The notes under the pieces were generated by a model. The model ran no database searches. It was given only the letters and a program-made list of their open reading frames with translations, and was not told the DNA's origin. A program made the position numbers and the translations under genes. Positions 1 through 9,489 of a DNA stretch of 64,000 nucleotides are shown here, in pieces (position 1 is the first letter of the stretch; each line of letters starts with the position of its first letter). The DNA comes from Patescibacteria group bacterium (GTDB taxonomy: Bacteria > Patescibacteriota > UBA1384 > UBA12157 > JAENIV01). The stretch covers positions 935 to 64,934 of the forward strand of contig JBAYHL010000003.1 in the NCBI GenBank assembly GCA_041666185.1, read 5' to 3'.

Positions 1-1170
1 GACGAAATTAGACCTATAAGTATCGAAACTGGTCTTTTGCCACGAACTCATGGTTCTGGTCTTTTTTCACGTGGTCAAACTCAGGTTTTATCAATTGTAA
101 CTTTAGGGCCACCTTCAGAAGAACAAATTATTGAAACAATGGAAGAAGAAGGCACAAAGCGTTATATGCATCACTATAACTTCCCGCCATTTTCGACTGG
201 TGAAGTTAGGCCAATGAGATCGGTTTCAAGAAGAGAAATTGGTCACGGTGCTTTAGCTGAACGGGCTTTAATTCCAGTTTTGCCATCAAGAGAAGATTTT
301 CCTTATACGATCCGAGTAGTTTCGGAAGTTCTTTCTTCGAATGGTTCTAGCTCAATGGCTTCAACTTGCGGTTCAACTTTGGCCTTAATGGACGCTGGTG
401 TACCAATTAAATCACCGGTAGCTGGTATTGCCATGGGGTTAATGACTTCGGAAGATGGTAAAAATCATAAAATTTTAACTGATATTGCTGGGATTGAAGA
501 TTTTGCTGGTGATATGGATTTCAAAATTACAGCAACCAAAAAAGGTATTACAGCCATTCAGCTTGATACTAAACTTAAAGGTATAAAAGCGGAAATTTTA
601 GAAGAAGCCTTGGTTAGGGCACGCAAAGCCAATGATGAAATTTTGGCTAAAATTACTAAAGTAATTGAAGCGCCTCGTAAAGAACTTTCGTTATATGCTC
701 CACGAATTAAATCAATTACAATTTCTCAAGATAAAATTGGGGAAATTATTGGGCCGGGTGGTAAAACAATTCGTAAAATTATTGAAGAATGTGGCGGTAA
801 AGAAGTTACTTCGATTGACATTGATGATAATGGCACTGTCACAGTTGCCTCAACTGATGCTAAGATGGGAGAGAAGGCAATGGCTTGGGTTGAAGGTGCT
901 ACCAGAGAAGCGAAAGTTGGCGAAGTGTTCGAAGCTCCTGTGACAAATATTGTTAAGGATCGAAACTCGGGTAAAGAAATTGGTGCTATTGTTCAAATTT
1001 TGCCTAATCAGGACGGATTGGTCCACATCTCTCAGATCTCGAACGAACATGTTAATAAAATCGAAGATGTTTTAAAAATTGGTCAAACTGTCAAAGTGAA
1101 AGTCATGGAAGTTGACAGAGAACGTGGTAGAGTAAGTCTTTCGATTAAAGCAGCAAACGATCAAAATTAG
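1..1170 (+). CDS. pnp: Polynucleotide phosphorylase (PNPase), C-terminal part (second RNase PH domain, KH, S1); 5' end lies outside the window
   Basis: The frame is open from base 1. The translation carries PNPase motifs ([21 protein letters not shown]-like [11 protein letters not shown]-terminal S1 domain). Confidence 0.85.
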   Translation, partial: DEIRPISIETGLLPRTHGSGLFSRGQTQVLSIVTLGPPSEEQIIETMEEEGTKRYMHHYNFPPFSTGEVRPMRSVSRREIGHGALAERALIPVLPSREDFPYTIRVVSEVLSSNGSSSMASTCGSTLALMDAGVPIKSPVAGIAMGLMTSEDGKNHKILTDIAGIEDFAGDMDFKITATKKGITAIQLDTKLKGIKAEILEEALVRARKANDEILAKITKVIEAPRKELSLYAPRIKSITISQDKIGEIIGPGGKTIRKIIEECGGKEVTSIDIDDNGTVTVASTDAKMGEKAMAWVEGATREAKVGEVFEAPVTNIVKDRNSGKEIGAIVQILPNQDGLVHISQISNEHVNKIEDVLKIGQTVKVKVMEVDRERGRVSLSIKAANDQN

Positions 1171-1204
1171 TCTTCGGCGTTTTTAAAATTTCTCTTGGAG
1201 GGGT

Positions 1205-4200
1205 ATGGATTTTAGTTTTTTTAAACTGCCAAGAAAAAAACAGCGGAAAACAAATGCGGAAAACGATTTTTTGTTACCTAAAGATAAAGAAAAAATCGAA
1301 AAGCTAACTAGGACTAAAACAAAATATTTTAAAAATATTAAAAAAATTAATTATCAAATTGATCTTGTTCGTGACTCAACTAAAACATTATTACCAAAAT
1401 TTGCTGGTCTTCACCATGGTTTACGTAAGAAATATTATTGGTATTATAATTGGCACACCAGACCTTATACTAAAAGCATCCATTGGTTAGTTTTGTTACT
1501 CTATATTATTTCTTTGCCTTTGGTTTATTTTTATTTGTCACCTTATACTGATAAAACCAAAGCCACTACTTACGATTTTCCCAGGTGGGAATGGGTAAAT
1601 CCAACGCCGACAGGTGATGATTTAGAAAACGTTATTGCTTGTCCGGACAATCAGACACTTTGGGCGTCTGGTGTAGGTGGGACAACTATTAGATCTACTG
1701 ATGCAGGGGTTAATTGGGAAACTGTTTACAGCACCGCTCAATCAAATTTAAGCATGGTCTGTCTTGACGCTAGTAACGCCTTTGCTGTTGGTGCTCAAGG
1801 TTTAATCATGCAATACAATGGTATTTCTTGGTCAAGTCGTACTAGTGGCACAATCTACGATCTCTCAAAAATTATTTCGCTTGGAAATAATAATCTTATA
1901 GTTATCGGTGCTCATGGAACTATTTTAAAATCAACCGATGGTGGCATAACTTGGAGCGCTAAGGACAGCAAAACAACAGATCCTTTGGGTGATATTTCTT
2001 ATTATAATTCAACCATGATTGTCGGTGGGGAGATGTCTGGTAATATATCTATTTCTCATGACGGGGGTGAAACGTGGACTCTAAATAGCAGTAGCTTCTT
2101 TTTGACAACAAAAGTTTTTGCTTTAAGTGATACGAATTTTTTGGTTTATAATGGTTCAATGTCAATTTCGACTGATGCAGGAGAAACTTGGGATACCAAA
2201 GCTGATTCCGGTGGTATTAACGTCGCCAATATTAGTCAAAATAATTTTGTGACGGCAAATGGTTTAAATGGGTTTGGTGTTTCTCATGATAATGGAAATA
2301 CTTGGAGTATTAAGGCGTGTGATGATCCTGCGAGCTGCCAGTATCTAAGTACGGTTTCTGGCACAGGAGATAATGTTATTGCTACTGGTAGTTATGGTGA
2401 GGTTTATGTTTCTCATAATAGTGGAGACACTTGGGTTAACGAAAGTATTGCTGTTCAGTCTACTTTTTATCCTCCTCTATTTCTTACCGCTAGCAGTGTT
2501 GTTATGGTAGGCGACAATGGGAAAATCTATACCTCTTCCGACGCGGGAGACAACTGGACGGAAATAAATACAGGTTCAATTACCAGTATTTATGGTATGA
2601 CTACTTTTGGGACCAATGATGTTGTTGCTGTGGGTTTGTCTGGTTATCTTGGTGTATCTCACGACAAAGGAGAAGCTTGGACAGTAGAAACTGATGGGAC
2701 AACCAATGGTTTTAGAGCTGTTGCCGCTTGTGGAACTAGTGTTGTCGCTGTGGGCATAAATAATAGCGATGGATGGTCTGCGGCGGTGGCTTACTCGTCA
2801 GATTCTGGGAATACATGGCATTCTGGGACATTTGATTCAGTAAGAAATCTTTTAGGTGTAACTTGTTTTGATGCTAATAATTTTATTGCTGTTGGAGATT
2901 CAGGAGCGATAGCGGTTTCTTCCAATGGTGGCAGCACTTGGACTGCTAAAACTAGTGGCACTGTTCAAACTCTTAAAAAAGTAATAGCTTTTAACACTAC
3001 TTATCTTGTGGCTATTGGCAATAACGGGATGATTGCTAATTCAGTTGATAGTGGTCAAACATGGACACCACAGACCAAGGGTGCTCAAAGTTTTAATGAC
3101 GTTAAAAATTTTGATAACGATTATGCAGTGGCGGTTGGAAATTCTGGCACAATTTATAATAGCTACGACGGAGGAATTAGCTGGTGGGCTACCGGTAAAA
3201 GTGCTGGGACAACATCGCATTTATTGAGTATTACTGTTTTTGATTCATCTCATGGGGTTGTAGTTGGTGGGCCGACAAGCTATTACACTGTCGAGAGGGG
3301 GGAATATTGGTTTAAAAATGCAGATCTAAGTGGTGTTAACCTAACTAGTGTTCATGCATTAGACTCAAGTAATGCTATAGCTGTTGGTAGAAGTGGGGTA
3401 ATTTACACAACGACTAATTATGGTGTGTCTTGGATACAGCAAGCCGTTAATGCTAAAAAAGATTTTAATTATGTTACTAGTTTCGATCCCCTTAATATTT
3501 TTGCTTACAGTTTTAGCATTAGCGGTAGTGGAATAATAAGATACCATAGTCCCGCCAATGCGACGGCAACCAAACTTTTAGTTAAGCTTCCGGGACAATC
3601 TTTTGTTGATGGAGTAGGGGTAAGTGGAACACCAGATGCCGTTCAGGCTGGTGACACAGTTACAGCAACTATTTACGCGGTTGATGATAATAATAATTTA
3701 GATAAAGGTAATGCTTCTTATGCTGGTTTTACCACCACTGATCCGGGGGATACTAATCCTGGAACAATTCAACTCACTCAAGGAGGCACCTGTGTTCAAA
3801 CTGATCGCCAGCCAGGAGATCCCGAATGTGGTATTGGTACGGCAAACTTCATCTTTCACACTGCTGGTGCTTGGACTGTTAGCGCTAATGATGTTTACAG
3901 CATTCTTTCTTCTGGAACTTCCTCGAGTATTACTGTTGATCCGGGTGATCCGGCAAAATTATATCTTTCAAGCCTTCCGGCAACTCTAGATATGGGCTCT
4001 GCTTCAAGTGCGGTTACGGTTGGTATCACAGATGTTTATGGTAACGACACGACTGTTAGTAGCAGTAAAACTATTCGTCTTTCAACTACCTCTTCTGACG
4101 GTCGATTTTCTGCTAGCTCTAATGGTCCTTGGACCAGAAGTCAGCTTGACGTTAATATTTTAAGTGGTTATGGAACGACAACTTTTTATTATTTGGATTT

Positions 4201-6028
4201 TCATACCGGTTCGTCGGTTGTAACAGCATCAGAGACACCTGACATTGGTTGGACTGATACTAGCGGGACGATTACTATTAATTCTGGTGCGCTTTCTTTG
4301 TCATCTTTAGGTGTATCAAGTAATTCCTTGACTGCTTGCGGGGGAACGCTGACAGTTACAGCAATTTTAAAAAATAGCGAGGGTCTTGCTCTGGCTAGCA
4401 GAACCGTTCAGCTTCAATCGTCTAGAAACACAAACGATACTACCTATGATACAATTTCTTCTTCTGTTATCACGGATTCTTCTGGTGTAGCTAGCTTTAC
4501 GGTTGATTCAAGCAATCCTGGTGATTTTACCCTTACAGCTTACGATCAAACAGATGATCTGTATATTCCTCAAAGCCAGGATATTAGTGTAGCGAGTAGT
4601 AGTTTGGGAAGGATTAGTCTTGTAAGCAGTTTAAGTACTGTTAGTGTTGGTTCGCCTTTTGAACTTACCACTACCATGTACAACACTTGTGACAGTGTAT
4701 TTTCTGATTATACGGGGGAAATTATTTTTTCTTCGTCAGATGACGGTGCTAAATTTAACGAAAAAAATTATACTCTTTCGACCGGAGAGGGTGGTAAATA
4801 TACCCAATCAGTTATTTTAGAAAAAGAAGGTGAGCAAACTATTAGTGTTTTAGCCGGCAGCATGACAGCAACAACTTATGTGACCGTTGTACCTGTAAAT
4901 GTTACAACAACTGTTTCAACGCCAACGGCCGTTCCTTCAGCAATTGTTACAACTCCATCGCCAATTTATACCGAACCAGCAAAATCCCTTATCGAGACTT
5001 TTCAGGAATCACCAACTTTGCAAAAAATTTCTAAAGTCTTAACGCCGGTAACGGCAACGGTGGCTACTTTGGGGCTTTTCCCCTTGTTAGTTCAAGCTTT
5101 CCCGCAAGGTTTTCAGGCATTAGCTTCATTATTTCCAGCAATTTTTACCGCGGCGGCTGTTAGGCGTCGTCGCAAACCATGGGGAATTGTTTACGATTCG
5201 TTAACTGGTAAACCAGTTGATTTGGCGATTATTAGAGCCTTTGATGTAAAAACCAAGCGACTTGTTGCCACTAAAGTCACTAATGAAAATGGTCGTTTCC
5301 ATTTTCTTCTTTCCAAAGGCAACTATTATGTAACTGTTACCAAAGCTGGTTATACTTTCCCGCCTAAAATTTCTAAATTTAAAGCCAGTCAACTTGCGAC
5401 TAGGTTTGGTCCACAAGGCGATATTTATTTTGGCCAATCATTTGTTATTGAAAGTGATGATACTAATATTAATTTAAGCATTGGCCTTGAACCTAAAATA
5501 TCAACTTTATCATTTAAGCTTAAATTAGCTATTTGGTTAAAAAATGGTACAGATTGGTTTTTAATTGCTCTTTCTTATTTCGCTGTTCCTTTAATGATTA
5601 TAGGAGCAATTTTAACCAGTTTGACAGTGGTTGTTATTCAATCGAAATTCAATTTATATTTATCTGGATTTTATGCGATTCTTTTGATCGCGTATCTTGT
5701 TAGCAGTCGAATTCGGGCTACGAGATTAGGTCTTATTTTCGATTCTAGAACTCGAGAACCGATTGCCGGAGCAACAGTTCTAATTATTGATAAAGAATAC
5801 GATGTTATTAGAGAAATTAAGACCACTGATCAGTCTGGTCATTTTGCAATTTTAGCCCAACGTGGCCAATATCGTTTAACTGCCTATGCCTCTGGTTATA
5901 AATTTCCAGCCAAGGAGTTCAAGCTTCAAAAAAGTGATAAACGCTTGGGAACTATTTATTTTGGCCAAACAGTTAATAATAAGAAAGCAGGCTTTGTTAA
6001 TGTTGGTATACCTCTTGATAGATTTTAA
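1205..6028 (+). CDS. Large membrane-anchored surface protein. N-terminal signal anchor, 13 or more BNR/Ycf48-like S-x-D-x-G-x-T-W repeats (beta-propeller), Ig-like region, Thr/Pro stalk, and a C-terminal cassette of CarboxypepD_reg-like domain, several TM helices and a second such domain.
   Basis: RBS ggagggg precedes the ATG. Repeats such as STDAGVNWE, STDGGITWS, SHDGGETWT and SSDSGNTWH are visible. The C-terminal part carries RRRRKPWGIVYDSLTGKPVDLAIIRAFD...GNYYVTVTKAGYTF, hydrophobic stretches, then a second similar domain. Confidence 0.8.
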   Translation: MDFSFFKLPRKKQRKTNAENDFLLPKDKEKIEKLTRTKTKYFKNIKKINYQIDLVRDSTKTLLPKFAGLHHGLRKKYYWYYNWHTRPYTKSIHWLVLLLYIISLPLVYFYLSPYTDKTKATTYDFPRWEWVNPTPTGDDLENVIACPDNQTLWASGVGGTTIRSTDAGVNWETVYSTAQSNLSMVCLDASNAFAVGAQGLIMQYNGISWSSRTSGTIYDLSKIISLGNNNLIVIGAHGTILKSTDGGITWSAKDSKTTDPLGDISYYNSTMIVGGEMSGNISISHDGGETWTLNSSSFFLTTKVFALSDTNFLVYNGSMSISTDAGETWDTKADSGGINVANISQNNFVTANGLNGFGVSHDNGNTWSIKACDDPASCQYLSTVSGTGDNVIATGSYGEVYVSHNSGDTWVNESIAVQSTFYPPLFLTASSVVMVGDNGKIYTSSDAGDNWTEINTGSITSIYGMTTFGTNDVVAVGLSGYLGVSHDKGEAWTVETDGTTNGFRAVAACGTSVVAVGINNSDGWSAAVAYSSDSGNTWHSGTFDSVRNLLGVTCFDANNFIAVGDSGAIAVSSNGGSTWTAKTSGTVQTLKKVIAFNTTYLVAIGNNGMIANSVDSGQTWTPQTKGAQSFNDVKNFDNDYAVAVGNSGTIYNSYDGGISWWATGKSAGTTSHLLSITVFDSSHGVVVGGPTSYYTVERGEYWFKNADLSGVNLTSVHALDSSNAIAVGRSGVIYTTTNYGVSWIQQAVNAKKDFNYVTSFDPLNIFAYSFSISGSGIIRYHSPANATATKLLVKLPGQSFVDGVGVSGTPDAVQAGDTVTATIYAVDDNNNLDKGNASYAGFTTTDPGDTNPGTIQLTQGGTCVQTDRQPGDPECGIGTANFIFHTAGAWTVSANDVYSILSSGTSSSITVDPGDPAKLYLSSLPATLDMGSASSAVTVGITDVYGNDTTVSSSKTIRLSTTSSDGRFSASSNGPWTRSQLDVNILSGYGTTTFYYLDFHTGSSVVTASETPDIGWTDTSGTITINSGALSLSSLGVSSNSLTACGGTLTVTAILKNSEGLALASRTVQLQSSRNTNDTTYDTISSSVITDSSGVASFTVDSSNPGDFTLTAYDQTDDLYIPQSQDISVASSSLGRISLVSSLSTVSVGSPFELTTTMYNTCDSVFSDYTGEIIFSSSDDGAKFNEKNYTLSTGEGGKYTQSVILEKEGEQTISVLAGSMTATTYVTVVPVNVTTTVSTPTAVPSAIVTTPSPIYTEPAKSLIETFQESPTLQKISKVLTPVTATVATLGLFPLLVQAFPQGFQALASLFPAIFTAAAVRRRRKPWGIVYDSLTGKPVDLAIIRAFDVKTKRLVATKVTNENGRFHFLLSKGNYYVTVTKAGYTFPPKISKFKASQLATRFGPQGDIYFGQSFVIESDDTNINLSIGLEPKISTLSFKLKLAIWLKNGTDWFLIALSYFAVPLMIIGAILTSLTVVVIQSKFNLYLSGFYAILLIAYLVSSRIRATRLGLIFDSRTREPIAGATVLIIDKEYDVIREIKTTDQSGHFAILAQRGQYRLTAYASGYKFPAKEFKLQKSDKRLGTIYFGQTVNNKKAGFVNVGIPLDRF

Positions 6029-6120
6029 TCGCGAGTATTTGACAAATTTATATATTTGTGTTACCATGTAATTAACATCAAAAAAAAGACCTCTTTAAAT
6101 TAAAGGAATTTTTGACTTAA

Positions 6121-6681
6121 ATGAGCTTAGATGAAATTGCGAGCGAAGTTCGCAAATGTACTAAATGTGCCCTTTCTAAGAATAGAAAAAATGCTGTCCC
6201 AGGTGAAGGAAATCCTAAGACAGAGATTCTTTTTATTGGTGAAGGTCCTGGTCAAAACGAAGATATTCAAGGCAAGCCTTTTGTTGGTGAAGCGGGTAAA
6301 TTTTTAGAAGAAATGCTTTCTTTAATTAACCTTAAAAGGGAAGATATTTTCATTGCTAATGTTGTTAAATGTCGACCACCAAACAATAGAGATCCTTTAG
6401 AAGAAGAAGTTGATGTTTGTACACGTAGCTATTTATATGCCCAAATTAAAGAAATTAAACCTAAATTAATAGTTACTTTAGGTCGTCATTCGATGAGGGT
6501 CTTTTTCCCTCAAATTAAGGCGATTTCCTCGGTTCATGGCAAAGCTTACAAAAAAGCTGGTCAGGTTTACTTAATTTTGTACCATCCAGCGGCAGCTTTG
6601 TATCAACGAAGCTTAAAAGAACAAATGAAAGAAGATTTTCTTCAGATCCCCGAAATACTTAAAAAGATAAACAATAACTAA
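6121..6681 (+). CDS. udg: Uracil-DNA glycosylase, family 4 (Fe-S type)
   Basis: CTKCALSK...VPGEGNPKTEILFIGEGPGQNEDIQGKPFVGEAGKFL is the family-4 UDG signature. Confidence 0.8.
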   Translation: MSLDEIASEVRKCTKCALSKNRKNAVPGEGNPKTEILFIGEGPGQNEDIQGKPFVGEAGKFLEEMLSLINLKREDIFIANVVKCRPPNNRDPLEEEVDVCTRSYLYAQIKEIKPKLIVTLGRHSMRVFFPQIKAISSVHGKAYKKAGQVYLILYHPAAALYQRSLKEQMKEDFLQIPEILKKINNN

Positions 6682-6745
6682 CAACTTACAATTTATAACT
6701 TTATAGTTGTTAGTTGGTAATTGTTAGTTAGGAGTTAACAAACAT

Positions 6746-8464
6746 ATGAACATTACTACTTTACCCAGTAACGGGTTACAAACAAAACCACAGAAAGTTT
6801 TTCCAGCTTTTACCCCACGCTTGAGGATCATTCCTTTAGGTGGTAACGGTGAAATTGGCAAAAATATGATGATTTACGAATATGGCGATGATATTATTAT
6901 TGTCGACTGCGGAATCATGTTTCCTCGTGGTGAAATGCTTGGGATTGATTTTATTATTCCCAATATTTCTTATTTAGAAGAACGTAAAGACAAAATCAGA
7001 GGAATTGTTTTTACTCATGGTCACGAAGACCATATTGGCGCTATTCCTTTTATTTGGCCAAAACTTCAAGCACCAATTTTTGCGACTAAGCTAACAGCTG
7101 GTTTTATTGAAGCGAAAATGACCGAAGCTGGTCAGTCGCCTAATATTCGTTTAGTCAAAGCTGGTGACAAGATTCAACTAGGAGTTTTTAAAATTGAATT
7201 TATTCCATTCTCACACACCTTTTTAGATGATGTTGGTTTGGCTATTGATACTCCGGAAGGGCTAGTGATTCACATTGCCGACTTTAAGTTAGATCAAGAA
7301 AAGTTAGAATCGAAAAAAGTTATTGAAAAATTGGCTCAACTTGGTTCCCAAGGTGTAAAATGTTTGATGCTAGAGTCCACTAATGTGGAATACAAAGGTA
7401 CACCTGTTTCGGAAAATATTATTCATGATACAATTTCATCGATTTTTAAACGGGCTAAAGGCCGATTGATTGTAACTTCTTTTGCTTCTTCATTAGATCG
7501 TATTCAAGGAGTTCTAAATTCAGCCGCGCGAGTTCATAAGAAAGTTGCGATTGCCGGTCGTTCGATGGAAAAAGCCATCAATATTGCTACAAATTTAGGA
7601 TATTTGAAATTACCCCAAGGTGTGATAATCGATTTAAGAAGAATCGAACATATTCCTGATAATGAATTAATTATTTTGTGCACCGGTTCTCAGGGAGAAG
7701 AATATTCTGCTTTAGTTCGAATGGCCAGTGGTGAACACCGCCAAGTCAAAATTAAAAAAGGCGACACGGTGGTTATTTCAGCTTCAGCTATTCCTGGTAA
7801 CGAACGAACTATTTCCGATACAGTAAATAATTTATTTAAAGAAGGAGCAGATGTTTTTTATGGGGGTGAAGCTCAAAGAATTCACTCTTCAGGACATGCT
7901 AAGCGCGATGAATTACAATTGGTTATTGAAACTGTTAAACCAGAATACTTTATTCCAATTCATGGTGAATATCGTCATTTAGTTTTGCATACCAGGTTGG
8001 CGGAATCTTTAACTGTTAAAGAAGGTAACGCTATTGTTTTAGAAGACGGTCAAATTTTTGAAATTCAAAATGGAACCGGACGTATTGCCAAAGAAAAAAC
8101 CGATGCCTCATATGTCTTAGTTGATGGTTTGGGTGTTGGTGATGTAGGTAATATTGTCCTTCGTGATCGTCAAGCAATGGCCAAGGACGGCATTTTTGTC
8201 GTTATCCTTACCATTGATCACGAAAACGGTAAAATCGTTACCTCGCCTGATATAATTTCTCGTGGTTTTATTTACATGCGTGAACGAGAAGATTTAGTTT
8301 ATAAAGCTCGTCAGGAAGTAAGACGAATGTTTTCTCGTCATAACGAAAAATATCCAGCTAACTGGGATTTCATTAAAAAAGCCATTCGTCAGGAAATGGG
8401 TGAATTTCTTTTTAAAGAAACTCAACGCCGTCCAATGATTATCCCGGTCATTATCGAGGTTTAA
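6746..8464 (+). CDS. rnj: Ribonuclease J (metallo-beta-lactamase/beta-CASP RNase)
   Basis: HGHEDHIGAIPF motif and an RNase J-like length of 572 aa. RBS aggag lies upstream. Confidence 0.8.
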   Translation: MNITTLPSNGLQTKPQKVFPAFTPRLRIIPLGGNGEIGKNMMIYEYGDDIIIVDCGIMFPRGEMLGIDFIIPNISYLEERKDKIRGIVFTHGHEDHIGAIPFIWPKLQAPIFATKLTAGFIEAKMTEAGQSPNIRLVKAGDKIQLGVFKIEFIPFSHTFLDDVGLAIDTPEGLVIHIADFKLDQEKLESKKVIEKLAQLGSQGVKCLMLESTNVEYKGTPVSENIIHDTISSIFKRAKGRLIVTSFASSLDRIQGVLNSAARVHKKVAIAGRSMEKAINIATNLGYLKLPQGVIIDLRRIEHIPDNELIILCTGSQGEEYSALVRMASGEHRQVKIKKGDTVVISASAIPGNERTISDTVNNLFKEGADVFYGGEAQRIHSSGHAKRDELQLVIETVKPEYFIPIHGEYRHLVLHTRLAESLTVKEGNAIVLEDGQIFEIQNGTGRIAKEKTDASYVLVDGLGVGDVGNIVLRDRQAMAKDGIFVVILTIDHENGKIVTSPDIISRGFIYMREREDLVYKARQEVRRMFSRHNEKYPANWDFIKKAIRQEMGEFLFKETQRRPMIIPVIIEV

Positions 8465-8484
8465 GATTAACTTATCGTTATACT

Positions 8485-8512
8485 AAAAAAGCCCCATTAC
8501 GGGGCTTTTTTA
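8485..8512 (+). terminator. Rho-independent terminator after rnj
   Basis: Stem GCCCC/GGGGC (8491-8495 / 8501-8505) followed by a T-run. Confidence 0.7.
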
Positions 8513-8520
8513 GTATCAAA

Positions 8521-8715
8521 AAAGCGCAATCGGAAGTCGGCCCAAATTTACTTTAAATTATTGACCGTTCGTTGCGCTTTTTCTGTTAAAGACTTGAGTT
8601 CTTTCCTACCGTCCTGGCTGACCGGGAAAGTAAGAAAAAAGTCTTTTGTCGCCCTAGGCGGATAATCCCTCTCCTTGTAAAGTGCTTGGACAACCAGCGA
8701 TTGCGAGTTATCCAC
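8521..8715 (+). ncRNA. Candidate structured small RNA or regulatory region. Nested stems in an intergenic stretch more GC-rich than its surroundings. Family not recognised.
   Basis: Stem AAAGCGCAAUCG...CGUUGCGCUUU (8521-8579) plus a U-run. Nested stems AAGACTT/AAGTCTT with inner CTTTCC/GGAAAG. Palindrome CGCCCTAGGCGG. Stem GGATAA...TTATCC (8660-8714). Confidence 0.3.
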
Positions 8716-8802
8716 AATTTGTTAAGGGATTGTATTATCATAATACATATAAAATCATTTGTCAAGTGTTTAACCTTATTGGCATGTTTTTTGAATAAAT
8801 TT

Positions 8803-8832
8803 TTGTTAGTAAATTGTTACTTTGTCTTGACT
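8803..8832 (+). promoter_or_regulatory. Direct-repeat boxes TTGTTAGT-aaa-TTGTTACT next to a TTGACT -35-like element upstream of the LuxR-type gene
   Basis: Read directly from the sequence. The same box family occurs at 6676..6729 and 14748..14815. Confidence 0.4.
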
Positions 8833-8904
8833 TTTATGAAATTTTAGTATAAACTTATAAATTGTCTGTATGCTTTCAAAGAAGAGCTTAAGGAGGTCAG
8901 AAGG

Positions 8905-9117
8905 TTGCCAGAATTAACAAGGACAGAGAAAAAAGTACTAAAATATGCTGTAAAAGGAGTGAGTAGTAAAGAAATAGCTGATGCGATGTATGTGAGTAAG
9001 AGGACGGTTGATTTTCATTTTAGTAATATTTACCAAAAACTCAAGGTAAGGAATCGCGCAGGTGCTTTAGGTAAGGCGTTTACACTCGGGATTATCTCAG
9101 TGACAACCAATTCGTAA
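8905..9117 (+). CDS. LuxR/GerE-type HTH transcription regulator (HTH domain only, 70 aa), TTG start
   Basis: SKEIADAMYVSKRTVDFHFSNIYQKLKVRNRAGA is a LuxR-type HTH. RBS aaggagg precedes the start. Confidence 0.65.
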   Translation: MPELTRTEKKVLKYAVKGVSSKEIADAMYVSKRTVDFHFSNIYQKLKVRNRAGALGKAFTLGIISVTTNS

Positions 9118-9186
9118 AGTTACAGATAAAAATCTTGATTCCCGCCCTTTTTATTATGAGGGGCGGGATATTTTTTTATGTTGGCA

Positions 9187-9215
9187 TTGACTTAAGCATA
9201 AATTTGTGATACAAT
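9187..9215 (+). promoter_or_regulatory. Sigma-70-like promoter TTGACT-17-TACAAT
   Basis: ttgact at 9187-9192, 17-nt spacer, tacaat at 9210-9215. It sits about 60 nt upstream of the small ORF. Confidence 0.5.
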
Positions 9216-9276
9216 AGTTTAATATCTCAAGAAAGATAATAAATCTTAAAAGAAAAACAAAAACAAAGGAGAGGGT

Positions 9277-9417
9277 ATGACAACTGAATGTATTGGAGAA
9301 ATTTCTCGCGAGATCAATCAAGAAGCTGTAGCCGAAGTAATCGAGGTTCAAACAGATCCAGAAACTGGTAAATTGGTTGAATTCCACCGAGAATCTTTAG
9401 AAGATGAAACCGCTTAA
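9277..9417 (+). CDS. Small acidic protein, 46 aa (MTTECIGEISREINQEAVAEVIEVQTDPETGKLVEFHRESLEDETA); not in the ORF track
   Basis: RBS aaggagaggg, an ATG, its own promoter upstream and a terminator immediately downstream. Confidence 0.45.
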   Translation: MTTECIGEISREINQEAVAEVIEVQTDPETGKLVEFHRESLEDETA

Positions 9418-9433
9418 ATAAGGCGGTTTTTTC
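9408..9433 (+). terminator. Rho-independent terminator
   Basis: Stem AACCGC/GCGGTT followed by TTTTTT. Confidence 0.6.
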
Positions 9434-9489
9434 TTATGCTAAAAATGATATACTATAAGTAACTTAACTTATTTTTAAGGAGCGGATTA

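Noticed and set aside
665-1050. ORFs 665..943 (+) and 850..1050 (-) inside pnp
   Set aside because: Out-of-frame or antisense overlaps of a well-supported conserved gene, with low-complexity translations.
3033-5437. Several 60 to 92-aa ORFs on both strands inside the 1607-aa gene
   Set aside because: Embedded in a long, motif-rich ORF. No RBS and no conserved features.
9154-9387. Minus-strand ORF of 77 aa
   Set aside because: Antisense to the promoter-ORF-terminator unit at 9187..9433. Hydrophobic junk translation.
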